64,000 bases of DNA from Chrysomallon squamiferum (lineage: Eukaryota > Animalia > Mollusca): positions 19,406,001 through 19,470,000 of the forward strand of contig CM022677.1 in assembly GCA_012295275.1 (NCBI GenBank), given 5' to 3'. The notes under the pieces were generated by a model that saw only the letters and a list, made by a program, of their open reading frames with translations, was not told the DNA's origin and ran no database searches. A program made the translations under genes and the position numbers. How positions within the stretch are numbered: position 1 is the first letter of the stretch; the number at the start of each line of letters is the position of its first letter. Of the stretch, positions 40,141 through 54,018 are shown piece after piece.

Positions 40141-41688
40141 ACTGGTTAATGCAGCACGCTGTCATTAGAGATAACTGTTTGATCAAGTATTTGTTATTGA
40201 TTTTCCTTTTCAATTCCAGCATAAATGTGTAATAACCAGTAGGCGTATCTACTCCGAATAAAAAAAGAAATGGTAAATAATATTTAAAAAAAAGTAAAAC
40301 GTCTGCAAATTTTGTAGTGCAAAGTTATTTATTTCTTTCTTTCTTTATTTATTCCTTTATTTATTGTCACATCCATTGACATGCAAAAATATTTCTGATT
40401 CTATAGGTTAAAATGTATTTACCAGTCTATAACTTTGGTGATATGGATGTGTGAAGAAATATAACACTGTGTCTTGAATGTTTTCATATTTTCATTATCA
40501 TATATTTGACATTGTGCTATCGTCATTTCAATGTGCTGTGTACACAACTCTCGTGTTTGATCACTTATCAAAATGATATGAACTTTGCACTTGTTATCTT
40601 TATATAAGTTTACACATTTACTTATCTTAACTGATGCATTTTAAAACTAGACATACAGTCTAATCACATGTAAATAAAATATATACAGTGCCAGGTGTCC
40701 GACATCACACATTTGTGTGCCCAAAAGTAAATAATTGGAAACCCTAGATATTTGTATGAAATGTGGCAGACTTTTTTTTGTTCTTTGGTTATCTTGCAGC
40801 AGTCGAGTACACATGGAAATATCGAAATCCAACATTCTCGTCTGCGAACAAATGAACATTTTGTACATTTCTCAGCAAGAAGCAAAACAACATAGGCAGG
40901 CTTTATAAGGGTCAACAATGTTAATTTACTGCTTTTCAAGCGTATATAACTTTGAATCTTGCGCAAGATATGAAGGATGTTTTTTTTCCCCCTCTGTCAT
41001 TCATACGTACAAAAAACAGTAGTTAATAACTGATACAATCAAAAACGGGACTAGACACTAAACTACAGATCTCACAGGAGATCTATAAACATGTTTTAAA
41101 TTCGGGTGCTAGAGATCATGTTTCTTCTTTTCTTTATTATCAGCGTTTATGTTAGTTGGAGCAATAGTCACAGAGGATGGGAACAGGGCCAGTACTGAGG
41201 ATTCAGTGTTTTTATCTATCTACAGAAGTAAACGATAAATTTTAAAACAATTATTTATGAGTACTTTAAAACAAATATATGTTCTGTGGATTTTTTCCCC
41301 TAAACTTTTACTCAGATGATGATAAGTTGATAATAAATAATGCAAAATATTTATAAGTATAATTAAACAACTAAATGAGTGCAAACAACGAAAGTGAACG
41401 TTATACATGAGTAAACAAATAAAATGTAGTCTGATTATTATTGTATGCTGTATTTACGTTAGCGACACTAACAACAAGATCAACAACAATAATAATTATA
41501 GTAAAGACTGATATAGATTTTCGTGTCAAAACAAACAGTTAGATACATGTTTTATTTAGTCAATTTGTAAAATATATATTCTTATAATGTAATGAAGTTA
41601 ACAGTTAATATTATTTATTTATTTATTCATGTATTTATTTGTAATGAAATAAAGCTATGCACTACATATATCTCAATATTTACATTCA

Positions 41689-41769
<81 letters not shown>

Positions 41770-42200
41770 GTGCACGTGACTAAAAATCATGCGTTCACTT
41801 TGTGTCCCGTTTTCCACTCGTACTGTTTATTTTTTCCGCCAGTTCACTATTCAAGTTTATACAAGATATATCTTTGTTCGTATTTAGTTTACAACACCAT
41901 TATAAATATTACAAAAGGGAGATAGAGCTGTGTTAAAATAGTATATAAATAAATTAATAAATCTTGTCCTTATCTCCAATCGTGGTGTTTTATTTTTATT
42001 TACTTGAGGTTACAAAGATTCGAGATTCGTTTTTCCTATTCATGTTTAAAAGAAAAAATCATGATCAGATTTTTAAAAAGTTTATTTATACCGCCAGAAA
42101 TTCAAATTAAATAAATAAATATTTATTATTTATTTATTTAAAAATTAGACTGTTTGTTGTTTTCCGTTTAAATTATTTAACTAATTTATTTTATTATTAT

Positions 42201-42241
<41 letters not shown>

Positions 42242-42609
42242 TGTCGCAAAATTAAAAATTAATACGTTCACTGTCACTGTGTCCCGTTTTCCACTTCGCT
42301 GAAAAATACAGTTTATTTCACTTTCAAAATTACAGTTCACTATTCAAGTAATTAAACAAGATATATCTTTACACATTCTATTTGTATACATGCATAGATA
42401 TATTCACACACACATTACACACACATACACAAATTGTGACAAATCATTGTAGAAAAGTGATTATTTATTTATTTATTATTAGTATTATTCTTTTATTTAA
42501 TTTTTGACTGTTTCTTGTCCGTTTTATTAAGTTATTAATTTATTTCAGATACGACGCTGGTATTGGCGCAATTATTATTACTGTTGTGTTATTTATTTCA
42601 TGCTTTTTC

Positions 42610-43120
42610 TGCAGTATTTGACTAAATTTCTCTTTTATGACACTGGATCCTAAGAAAGTGAGTGGAAAGGAAAGTGCTGAGAAGAAGAAGCGGATAATGT
42701 CCGTTGAATTAAAGCATGAAATCTTAGAAAAACATGAGCGAGGTGTGCATGTAGTCGACTTGGCTAGGCAATATGAGTATGGTACGTACAATATGTACCA
42801 TACTGAAGTAGAAGGCTATATCTTCAGCCAAAGGATTTAAAATAATCTGTCTGATTTACAAGATAAATACATTTTACAGAACCAATTTATTTCTTTAAAT
42901 TCTCTTTTGGTTTGTTTTTATACAATATTTTGGCATATATACATACATTTTACTTATTTTAAAACATTTTAGAAACAATTCGTGTAATTTGTGGGGAGAT
43001 GGAACGGATTATTGGTATTTCAGTTAATTTCAGTTGGGAAAATTGATTTGATATACGAGTAAATTAACTTACGAGCTCAGTCCAGGAACAAATTAAACTG
43101 GTAAGCCAAGGTACCAATGC
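42610..43120 (+). mobile_element. Tigger/pogo transposon relic (CENP-B-type HTH start plus right end)
   Basis: DPKKVSGKESAEKKKRIMSVELKHEILEKHERGVHVVDLARQY is a psq-type HTH of Tigger transposases; the 3' end GGAACGGATTA...GATATACGAG...GTAAGCCAAGGTACCA resembles Tigger termini. Confidence 0.85.
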
Positions 43121-43699
43121 ATACATGATTAACCAACAATCAAAAAACTAAATTTATCTAATTTTAATTATTTCTGTATTTCTCTAGCATTAAAAAATAT
43201 CATTATTTCAAAACAGCAAAATTTAAAAATGCTCCGCTTATATAGAGTGAGTGTTACACATGTTTCTTTCTTAAAAGGAGTAATTTAAATAACAACAACA
43301 ACAGCAACAACAAAATGTATAATGATGAATAAATAAATAAATTAAGATATCGCTTTTATGTTTAGAAACAAAAAACAAACAACAAAAATCGAAAAACAAA
43401 AACGTATGTAAACCAAAATAGTATATATGAATAATTACAAACATTAGGGTAATAAATTAAAAATAAATAAATAAATAAAAATTCAGATCAGATAAAATGT
43501 AAATAAATAAGTAAATAACAATTAAGGTCAGATAAAACATAAATAAATAAAATGTTAAAAAAATTCAAATTAAATTATAAACGAAAGAATAAGGTAATCT
43601 AATTAAAATGTGTTCATCTGCTAACATTACGTCTGTATATTTGTATACGTGTACATTTGCACAAATACAACAATATTTTATAGAAATCGAGAATATAAT

Positions 43700-43956
43700 G
43701 ACATCGATTTCTACGAATTACTGACTCTTTCATTTCTTTATTTAAAAACGAAACAAGATGCTGCCTAGAAATAGAGCTAGCTTGAACAGTTCGACATATC
43801 TACATATTTGTGATAATCGTGTATAATAATATAACGTACAAAGACAGATAACTCTAGTAGTAAACATATTTTCAAACCTGCTTCGATCTGAAATCGATGT
43901 ATAAATTACATTCATCAGTGTAGAAATTAGATCACTTCAACTTTAGCCAGGTAAGT
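43700..43956 (+). promoter_or_regulatory. putative promoter and non-coding first exon module of the REase-like gene (paralogous modules at ~45720, 51990, 58585, 63030)
   Basis: TTCTACGAA (GAS-like) at 43709, AAAACGAAAC (IRF-like) at 43745; ends in the strong donor CCAG|GTAAGT at 43951. Confidence 0.5.
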
Positions 43957-44218
43957 TTTAATCTGTTTGGTATATATTATATTTTATTCTCTAAATGTAT
44001 AGTGTGTGTGTCTCTCTGTGTCTGCATCTGTTTGTGTCTGTACGTACTTAGCTTGGGTTTGTGCGCAGGTGTATAGGTATAAAGGTATGGTTACTTTAGA
44101 GCTATCAGAGCGCTTAGACATCTACACTGACAAGTACAGGCCTGAGTGTAAGTGAATATTTCAATTAGGAATTTTATAAAAGAAGATTCCTCTGGATATG
44201 TTTTATTACAAAAAATAA

Positions 44219-44280
<62 letters not shown>

Positions 44281-44815
44281 TAATAAATTTAAAAGAATAC
44301 TGATGTTTTAGTCCTGGTTTATTTTGACGTGCTGTGACCCTAGTGACCTGTTTAGTTGTCGTATTAATACAAGTATAAACGCCACTATTTTACACTGACA
44401 AAGTGCGATTTGGTAACTTATGCGGCCTGCTCATAGTAGTGCACGTTTTTCTGATACACATAATTTGCTGATACACATTTTTAATTTATATATATATATC
44501 ATTTTATGTTCTATTTGAACTTTAATGAAAGATTATACGGATTATTTGAAATACTAGTAACTATTAATTCCATTTAATGCCAGCAAAATATAGCTAGTTG
44601 TGTAGCAGTGGTAAACAGTAGATGGGGGGAGAGCAATGGCCATAGGGAATCAATTCCAGTTTACTGGTCTAGTTGTATAAGAGGGTCATATGCGCCAGAA
44701 ATCAGTCTCTTCCATTCGAACGTCTTCACAACAACTGCTGGCCTGTCAGATAGCGTGCATGTCGCAACTCGCTCTGATTAGCACGTTAATTGTTTTTCAT
44801 TTCTTTCCATTACAG

Positions 44816-45093
44816 AAATCAGTCTCTTCCATTCAAACGCCATTACTGCAGGAAAACATATATCTGACTTTTCATCCAGTGGAATCCACCCTTTTAATAT
44901 ATCAAAAACGTAGAGAGAGAGAAAAAAATACGCCTGGAAATTAAGAAGAAAACGTCTATCTGAAGAAACGAAATCGAAAGACGCTAGAGCCAGGAAGCAC
45001 AAGTCAAAGGACCAAGGCAGGGACACAACAGGACCAATCCGGAATTGAACGACAAGACTTTGCTTTGGGCGCAAGGAAAATCAGTGAAAAACG
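44816..45093 (+). other. probable 5' UTR exon of REase-like gene copy 1 (paralog 60208-60507; 3' tail only at ~51305-51361)
   Basis: Polypyrimidine-TACAG acceptor (conserved in copy 3) and ACG|GTGAGT donor (conserved in all three copies); no open frame running into the main exon. Confidence 0.6.
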
Positions 45094-46035
45094 GTGAGTT
45101 AGATACTTCTACTGGGTATTGTGAAATTGGTTCTGTCGATACAAATGTAAAAAAGCTAGGAGCGTTTGCTTCCCCTCAACATATTCAGTTACCTTTTCTG
45201 TACAACTGGAAAGGACTGACTCTGGTTAAAATGATTATGTTTGTTCATGTTTAAAATAACTTGGCTGTATGTTTTTCTTCAATGTTCCTGCTTTTAATAT
45301 TCACATTATAGCACCTGTATATCGAAATCGCTGTAAATTGTTTCCTACAAGGCCAAATCGCCATATATTTTATATGCAACTAAAAGAATCTATGTTGTTT
45401 TGAATAATTATATTTCTATGTTGGTTATATTAATAACTTGTAGGATTCATGTTTTATTATGTTTTGACTGTTACTGTATGTAAGTTCTTAAATAAATGAA
45501 GTAACATTGCTTTGCCGATAGAATACATTTTCGTTTGACATTTTCACAAAAATGGTTAGCATTGCTAAGAAAAGGTCAATATATTTTGACGAGACAGGGG
45601 AAAATGCTGAGCTATCCATAACACTGTGCATGTGTATTTTCAAACGTGTAGATTAGCAGAAAAATACGAAAAAATCCCCCAAAATCCAAGAAGTATGGAG
45701 TAAGAAATCAAGAACATAAAACTGAAAATTGATTTCTACGAATTACTGACTCTTTCAATTATTTATTTAAAAGCGAAACTAGACGTTTGCAAGAAATAGA
45801 CGTAGTTTGACAAGTTCGAGTTACTTAAATCTTTCTGATATACGTATGTAATTACATACTAACACGGATAACAATAGTAGTTAACATATCTTCAAACCTG
45901 CTTCGTTGCTGAAAAATGATCTTGAAAATCCATACCTCAAAGATTAATTACATCACTTCAGCTTTAGTCAGTTAATTTTTACTGTAATTAGTATATATTA
46001 CATTTCGTGCGTGTATGTGTGCGTGTGGGTGTTGG

Positions 46036-46080
<45 letters not shown>

Positions 46081-47711
46081 TTGTTTCTGTGCAGGTATAT
46101 ATGTGTTTATATCTATTCTTGTATGTGTGTGTGTGGGTAGGTGTGGTTATTTGACGCTAAATGCACAGTTGGTACAGGACCAACATGTAAGTGAATATTT
46201 TAATGAAGTATTTTATAACATTTGTGTTTAAAAGAAATCTTTTGTCTCTGTGATAAAAATTAAAATGTCATTTCATTCATAGCAACAATTGTTTGTGTTT
46301 GTATGCAACCTTACGCCAAAAAAATAAAGTAATAAAAAAACAAACAATAATAAATAAATAAATAGTTGCCTCTGCTAATTTAATGCATATAAATTGGCAG
46401 AAAAAAAATAAAAATAAAGGAAAATTGGCATACAAAACAAAATTTGAGTTTTATTTCTTGAAATAGGCAGTATGATATCTGAATCATTACGTAGTATTAT
46501 CTACGAAAACAATAAACTTAAAATGTCATTAAAAAACGAAACACGATTTGAGTTATATAAATGTTAGTGAGTATATAGGAGGGTGTATACTTGATATATC
46601 GCATTTATTTTTATATTTCAACTGGGAATTTTATGACATTTTTGTCCTGGATAGTGTGCTTCGACAGAATTGAAAAATTAATATTAATAAAAAAATAAAA
46701 TAAAAATAAAAATAAAAAAATTAAAAAAAACGTAATATAAATAAATAAACAGGTCGATCATCACTGATCCGGCAGTCACTTAAACTGGTTGCATCGGTAG
46801 TCGGGCACAAATTTGGGATAACATTTGATCTTGCTGCATAAACACTGCTAGCATCCCTAGCAAACATAGTCATTAGTAGCTATTCACTTACTGTTGTATC
46901 AGGATAGGTGCACTTTTTATTTCAGAGAATTAAAAAGGCTGTATTTGTTAATGAACTTGTAAAGGTACATGATACAATACAAATATCACACATAAAATTA
47001 TTGATTATGAATTAAAAATAATCACAATATAAAAAAATAAAATTAAAAATGTAAGTAATAAAAATTGAATTTTAAAATATCATCACTGACATCATGTAGT
47101 TAATTATTTTCATTTTTATTTTTTTATCTGTTATTGTTTCTAATAACTGTCTGAATTAAAGAGAAATTTAAGACAGTGTAAAAATAGCAAATAAACAAAT
47201 TAATAATCAGGAAAACTGCTGCCGTTTTCTTGCTATTTCTATATTTAGTTTTATTATTATTAGTTATACTTATTTTAACTAATGTTTGCAAGTTCAATCA
47301 GGTGTTCCCAAATCAAAAATGGTTAGCTTAGTTTTCACTAAATTAAAAATATTTCTGGAAAAATACTATAGAACAAGGAAGGTGCCAATTAAGTTGAATT
47401 ATACTTTTGACATGATTAACTGTCTCTCTGTGTCTGTGATTTCCTTTGCTTCCTCTATTTGAAATATGCCTTTAGTGTGTGATGAATAGAAGTAGATAAA
47501 TATTTATATCATATAAAAATATTAAATCACTGCCAAAACAGCCGTCTCAGTTCATGACTAATTTATTTATTTATTTATTATACATTTTATATCTATATTA
47601 TATTAATAATGTATCGATTCAGGGTTTGCTTACCTATTAATTATAAAGTGTTTTCTTGTTCAACTTGATAAACAGACTAATTAATGAACACTGCCTGCTC
47701 CGTTTTCAGAA

Positions 47712-48536
47712 ATGCTCACGAGAAAACAAAAATCAGATAAAAGGATGAATTGGGAACATTTCTTATCTGTTCTGACCTCAACGAGATCGGAAACACCAGC
47801 TTTAGTCATAAGATTTCAGACATCAGCAGACGATGACCCTCGTGTCATTTACGAAAAGTTTGCCAGCAGAATAAGTAGCGAACGTATAGATATTAGTTCA
47901 GAGTTCAGTTGTTGCAGCAAGTGGACCTTAGAGGAGTTCAATAAATGCATTGATTTCGATGATTTAAGCAGACTGAATATTGGGACAAAGAAAGTCGATC
48001 ACTGCAGTTCACTGGAATCCATTATTAATGAAAACCTACACATGTTCCAGATTGATTCGATAAGGCCTGATGTTCATAATGTCCTGAGAAGAAAGGTCGA
48101 TGTAAGAATATTGATAAACTCTATACTTCAGAACTTATGTAAAGATCTTAAATTTGGTGTCAAAACAGAAGAGAAAATTAAACCAGTTGGTCTTCCCTCT
48201 TGCAAATTTGATTTTCTGTTCTATAACCATCGCGGGAAACCGATTGGATGCTTAAAAACGAAATCATCTTCCACTATGAACAGTAAAGCATTTGTTCAAG
48301 CAGTCCTCGAACTTTTTGTTTTACAGCAATTTGCTAGCGAAGAAAACGTCGACGTTAAAAAAGTACCGTTATTCAACATTTTGACAGACGGTCGGAGGTT
48401 TGTCTTGCTTCAGGTGAAAGGAGATAAAATATTGGTGGAACAGAATGAAGACAACCACCTGAAAATTCATACTGATGGAGTCATGGAATCCCTTTACAGG
48501 CTGATTCAAATGAGTGTTGACGCATCTGTTGAATGA
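47712..48536 (+). CDS. PD-(D/E)xK restriction-endonuclease-like protein (Crinkler-REase/HsdR-N-like), copy 1, 274 aa
   Basis: Intact ORF right after the acceptor TTTTCAG|AA-ATG; motif order helix(KVDVRILINSIL)-TEE-KFD167-GKPIGCLK182TK184-FVQ196AV-LFNILTDGRRF; AATAAA at 48916. Confidence 0.8.
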   Translation: MLTRKQKSDKRMNWEHFLSVLTSTRSETPALVIRFQTSADDDPRVIYEKFASRISSERIDISSEFSCCSKWTLEEFNKCIDFDDLSRLNIGTKKVDHCSSLESIINENLHMFQIDSIRPDVHNVLRRKVDVRILINSILQNLCKDLKFGVKTEEKIKPVGLPSCKFDFLFYNHRGKPIGCLKTKSSSTMNSKAFVQAVLELFVLQQFASEENVDVKKVPLFNILTDGRRFVLLQVKGDKILVEQNEDNHLKIHTDGVMESLYRLIQMSVDASVE

Positions 48537-49037
48537 CTACAGAGGTCTTGACTCGTAACATAAATTCTGGAAACTTGATGGAATTGAGCATTTAAAATCT
48601 AAACTTGATAGCATGCTTGTACTTACACAAATCTGAAGAATTATTTAGTAACTGTAAAAGTAATGATTGAATCACTATAGTTTTTCTTATGAAAATTTAG
48701 TTATTGGAACTGTTGTCTTATCTTCAGATATTCTCTCTGTATCTTTAATGTATTTATCTTAATTTTTTATTAATACACTTACTGCATTAATAATTATTCA
48801 CTGCATATAAGTTGTACTAAAATTATTTTACTAAATTTTATATCAAGACATTGTGTTATGTTTATACAGAAAATATAGCTATACTTACGACAGTAGAAAT
48901 ATATATCACATGCTTAATAAATATATGTATTAATGAATTAATATCCTTGTAATGAACGATGTTTGGCATCGCCAAATATAAATTATTAACTGTGGTTGAA
49001 GATCTTTTATTATTTCAGTGAGTTGATTTGAAATGTA

Positions 49038-49076
<39 letters not shown>

Positions 49077-50473
49077 TATGTGTGTGTGTATTAAATTATA
49101 ACATTTATTACCATACACTTCAATGCAGGCGTTCTGTTGTAGTCTGATTATATAGGTTAAAATGTATTTACCAGTCTATAACTTTGGTGATATGGATCTG
49201 TGAACAAACATAACATGTGACTTGTATGTTTTCATATTTTTTATTATCATATATTTGACATTGTACTATCGTCGTTTCAATGTTCTGTGTACAAAACTCT
49301 CGTGTTTGATCACTTATCAAAATGATATGAACTTTGTACTTGTTATCTTTATATAAGTTTACACATTTACTTATCTTAACTGATGCATTTTAAAACTAGA
49401 CATACAGTCTAATCACATGTAAATAAAATATATACAGTGCCAGGTATCCGACATCACAAATTTGTGTGCGCAAACGTAAATAATTGGAAACCCTAGATAT
49501 TTGTATGAAATGTGGCAGACTTTTTTTTGTTCTTTGGTTATCTTGCAGCAGTCGAGTACACATGGAAATATGGAACTCCAACATTCTCGTCTGCGAACAA
49601 ATGAACATTTTGTACATTGCTCAGCAAGAAGCTTTATAAGGGTCAACAAGGATAATTTACTGCTTTTCGAGCGTATATTAGTTCGAATCTAGCGCCAGAT
49701 ATGAAGGATATTCTTTGTCCCCCTCTGTCATGTATACGTACAAAAAACAATAGTTAATAACTGATACAATCAAAAACGGGACTACATACTAAACTGGATA
49801 CCTCACAGGAGATCTAAAAACACGTGTTTTAAATTCGGGTGCTAGAGATCATGTTTCTTCTTTTCTTTATTATCCAGGTATATCTTAGTTCAAGCAAGGG
49901 ACTGACTCACAATAGTCACAGAGGAGGGGAACAGGGCCGGTACTGACTATTCAATATTTTTATTTATCTATATAAGAAAACGATAACTGTTTAAAAATTG
50001 ATTTATAAGTGCTTTAAAACGAATGTATGCTCGGTGGATTTTTTTTCCTAAACTGTTACTCAGATGATGATAAGTTGATGATAAGTAATGTAAAATATTT
50101 ATAAGTATAATTAAACAACTAAATGAGTGCAAACAAGCAAAGTGAACGTTATACGTTATACATGAGTAAACAAATAAAATGTAGTCTGATTATTATTGTA
50201 TGCTGTATTTACGTTAGCGACACTAACAACACCACCAACAACAATAATAATAATAATAGTAATAGGAAAGACTGATATAGATTTTCGTGTGAAAACAAAC
50301 AGTGAGATACATGTTTTATTTAGTCAATTTGTAAAATATATATTCTTATAATGTAATGAAGTTAACAGTTAATATTATTTATTTATTTATTCATGTATTT
50401 ATTTGTAATGAAATAAAGCTATGCACTACATATATCTCAATACGTACATACATGTTATTATTATTATTATTAC

Positions 50474-50506
<33 letters not shown>

Positions 50507-52296
50507 GTGCACGTGACTAAAAATCATGCGCTCACTTTGTGTCCCGTTTTCCACTCGTACAGTTTATTTATACCGCCAGTTCACTATTCAAGTTTACACA
50601 AGATATATCTTTGTTTGTGTTTAGTTTACAACACCATTAATAATACATGTGCTACCGAACATTTCCAGCGAACCGTTACGTCAAAGAGTTATCGATTGGT
50701 TAATGCAGCACGCTGTCATTAGAGATAACTGTTTGATCAAGTATTTGCTATTGATTTTCCTTTTCAATTCCAGCATAAATGTGTAATAACCAGTAGGCGT
50801 ATCTACTCCGAATAAAAAAAGAAATGGTAAATAATATATAAAAAAAAAAGTGAAACGTCTGCAAATTTTGTAGTGCAAAGTTATTTCTTTCTTTATTTAT
50901 TTATTTATTCCTTTATTTATTGTCACATCCATTGACATGCAAAAATATTTCTGATTCTATAGGTTAAAATGTACTCACCAGTTTATAACTTTGGTGAAAT
51001 GGATCTGTGAACAAACATAACATGTGACTTGCATGTTTTCATATTTTTATTATCATATATTTGACATTGTACTATCGTCGTTTCAATGTGCTGTGTACAA
51101 AACTCTCGTGTTTGTTAACTTTCTGTCCCGTTTTCCATTCGTACAGTTTATTTATACCGCCAGTTCACTATTCAAGTTTAAACAAGATATAGTTTTGCTC
51201 GCGAAGTGTATTAACTTACATTGTCATTCTACAAACTACCGGGACAAACTATTACAAATATTGTTCAAAAGTGATTATTTATTTATTTACGTCTTTGCAT
51301 TGAATGACGGAATTGAACGACAAGACTTTGCTTTGGGCGCAAGGAAAAGCAGTGAAAAACGGTGAGTTAGATACTTCTACTGGGTATTGTGAAATTGGTT
51401 CTGTCGATACAAATGTAAGAACGCTAGGAGCGCTCGCTTCCCCTCAACTCATTCAGTTACCTTTTCTGTACAACTAAAAAGGACTGACTCTGGTTAAAAT
51501 GATTATGTTTGTTCATGTTTAAAATAACTTGGCTGTATGTTTTTCTCCAATGTTCCTGCTTTTAATATTCACATTATAGCACCTGTACATCGAAATCGCT
51601 GTAACTTGTTTCCTACAAGGCCAAATCGCGATAGATTTTATATGCAACTAAAAGAACCTGTATTGTTTTTAATAATTATATTTCTATGTTGGTTATACTA
51701 ATAACTTGTATGATTCGTGTGTTATTGTTTTGACTGTTACTGTATGTAAGTTATTAAATAAATGAAGTAACATTGCTTTGCCGATAGAATACATTTTCAT
51801 TTGACAGTTTCACCAAAATGATTAGCATTGCTAATAAATGGTCAGTATATTTGACGAGATAAGGGAAAATGCTCAGCTATCCATAACACTGTGCATGTGT
51901 ATTTGCAAACGTGTAAATTTGCACAAAAACAAGAAAAAATCACAAGCAGACAAAACGAAGTATGGAATAAGAAATCAAGAACGTAAAATTGAAAATTGAT
52001 TTCTACGAATTACTGACTCTTTCATTTATTTATTTAAAAACGAAACAAGACGTTTGCAAGAAATAGTTTGAACAGTTCGAGTTACCTAAATGTTTCTGAT
52101 ATACGTATGTAATTACATATTGACACGGATAACAACAGTAGTTAACATATCTTCAAATCTGCTTCGTTTCTGAAAAATGATCTTGAAAATCCATACCTCA
52201 ACGATAAACTACATAAATTCAGCTTTAGTCAGGTAATCTTTACTGTAATTAATATATATTACATTTTGTGCATGTATGTGTGCGTGTGGGTGTTGG

Positions 52297-52341
<45 letters not shown>

Positions 52342-54018
52342 TTGTTTCTGTGCAGGTATATATGTGTTTATATCTATTCTTGTATGTGTGTGTGTGGGTA
52401 GGTGTGGTTATTTGACGCTAAATGCACAGTTGGTACAGGACCAACATGTAAGTGAATATTTTAATGAAGTATTTTATAACATTTGTGTTTAAAAGAAATC
52501 TTTTGTCTCTGTGATAAAAATTAAAATGTCATTTCATTCATAGCAACAATTGTTTGTGTTTGTATGCAACCTTAGGCAAGAAAAAAAAGTAATAAAAAAA
52601 CAAACAATAATAAATAAATAAATAGTTGCATCTGCTAATTTAATGCATATAAATTGGCAGAAAAAAAAAAAAAAATAAAGGAAAATTGGCATACAAAACA
52701 AAATTAGAGTTTTATTTCTTGAATCATTACGTAGCATTATCTACGAAAACGATAAACTTAAAATGTCATTAAAAAACGAAACACGATTTGAGTTATATAA
52801 ATGTTAGTCAGTATATAGTAGGGTGTATACTTGTTTTATCGCATTTATTTTTATATTTCAACTGAATTTTATGACATTTTTGTCCTGCATAGTGTGCTTC
52901 GACAGAATTGAAAAATTAATATTAATTAAAAGAAATATATAAAAAATACATAATAAAAAAAATAAAATAAATAAATAAATAGGTCGATCATGAATGATCC
53001 GACAGTCACTTAAACTGGTTTGCATCGGTAGCCGGGCACAAATTTGGGATAACATTTGATCTTGCTGCATAAACACTGCTAGCATCCATAGCAAACATAG
53101 TCATTAGTAGGTATTCACTTACTATTGTATAAGGAAAGGTGCACTTTAAATCTCAGAGAATTAAAAAGGATGTATTTGTTAATGAACTTGTAAAGGTACA
53201 TGAAACAATACAAATATTACACATAAAATTATTGATTATGAATTAAAAATAATCACAATATAAAAAAATAAAATTAAAAATGTAAGTAATAAAAATTGAA
53301 TTTTAAAATATCATCACTGACATCATGTAGTTAATTATTTTCATTTTTATTTTTTTATCTGTTATTGTTTCTAATAACTGTCTGCATTAAAGAAAAATTT
53401 ATGATGGTGTAAAAGTAGCAAATAAACAAATTAATAATCAGAAAAACTGCTACCATTTTCTTTTTATTACTATATTTAGTTTTATTATTATTAGTTATAC
53501 TTATTTTAACTAATGTTTGCAAGTTCAATCAGGTGTTCCCAAAACAAAAATGGTTAGCTTAGTTTTCACTAAATTAAAGATATTTCTTGAAAGATTCTAT
53601 AGAACAAGCAAGGTAGGATTTACGTTGAATAATAATTTTGTAATTATTACCTGTCTCTCTGCATCTGTCATTTCGTTTGCTTTCTCTATTTAAAATATAC
53701 CTTTAGTGTGTGATGAATAGAAACAGCCAACATATTTATATCATATACACAATATTAAATCACTGCCAAAACAGCCTTCTCAGTTTATCACTAATTTATT
53801 TATTTATTTATTTATTTATTTATTTTTTTATTTTTTTATTTTTTTATTTATTATACATTATATCTCTATAATATCTTAATTAAGTATCGGATTCAGGATT
53901 TGCTTATCTATTAATTATAAGGTGTTTCTTTTTTCAACTTTATAAACAGACTAATTAATGAACACTGCCTGCTCCGTTTTCAGAAAAGACCCCGAGTAGT
54001 GAGGAATCACATGGAAAT

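Noticed and set aside
40647-40966. Short ORFs repeated at 49396-49692 and 55673-55969 as a conserved small gene
   Set aside because: Recurrence is explained by the segmental duplication; no recognisable domain or splice structure, and ORF boundaries change between copies.
47712-48536. REase-like ORF as bacterial contamination or a restriction-modification operon
   Set aside because: It is embedded in microsatellite-rich eukaryotic DNA with conserved splice acceptor, UTR exons and poly(A) signal; no methyltransferase or operon context.
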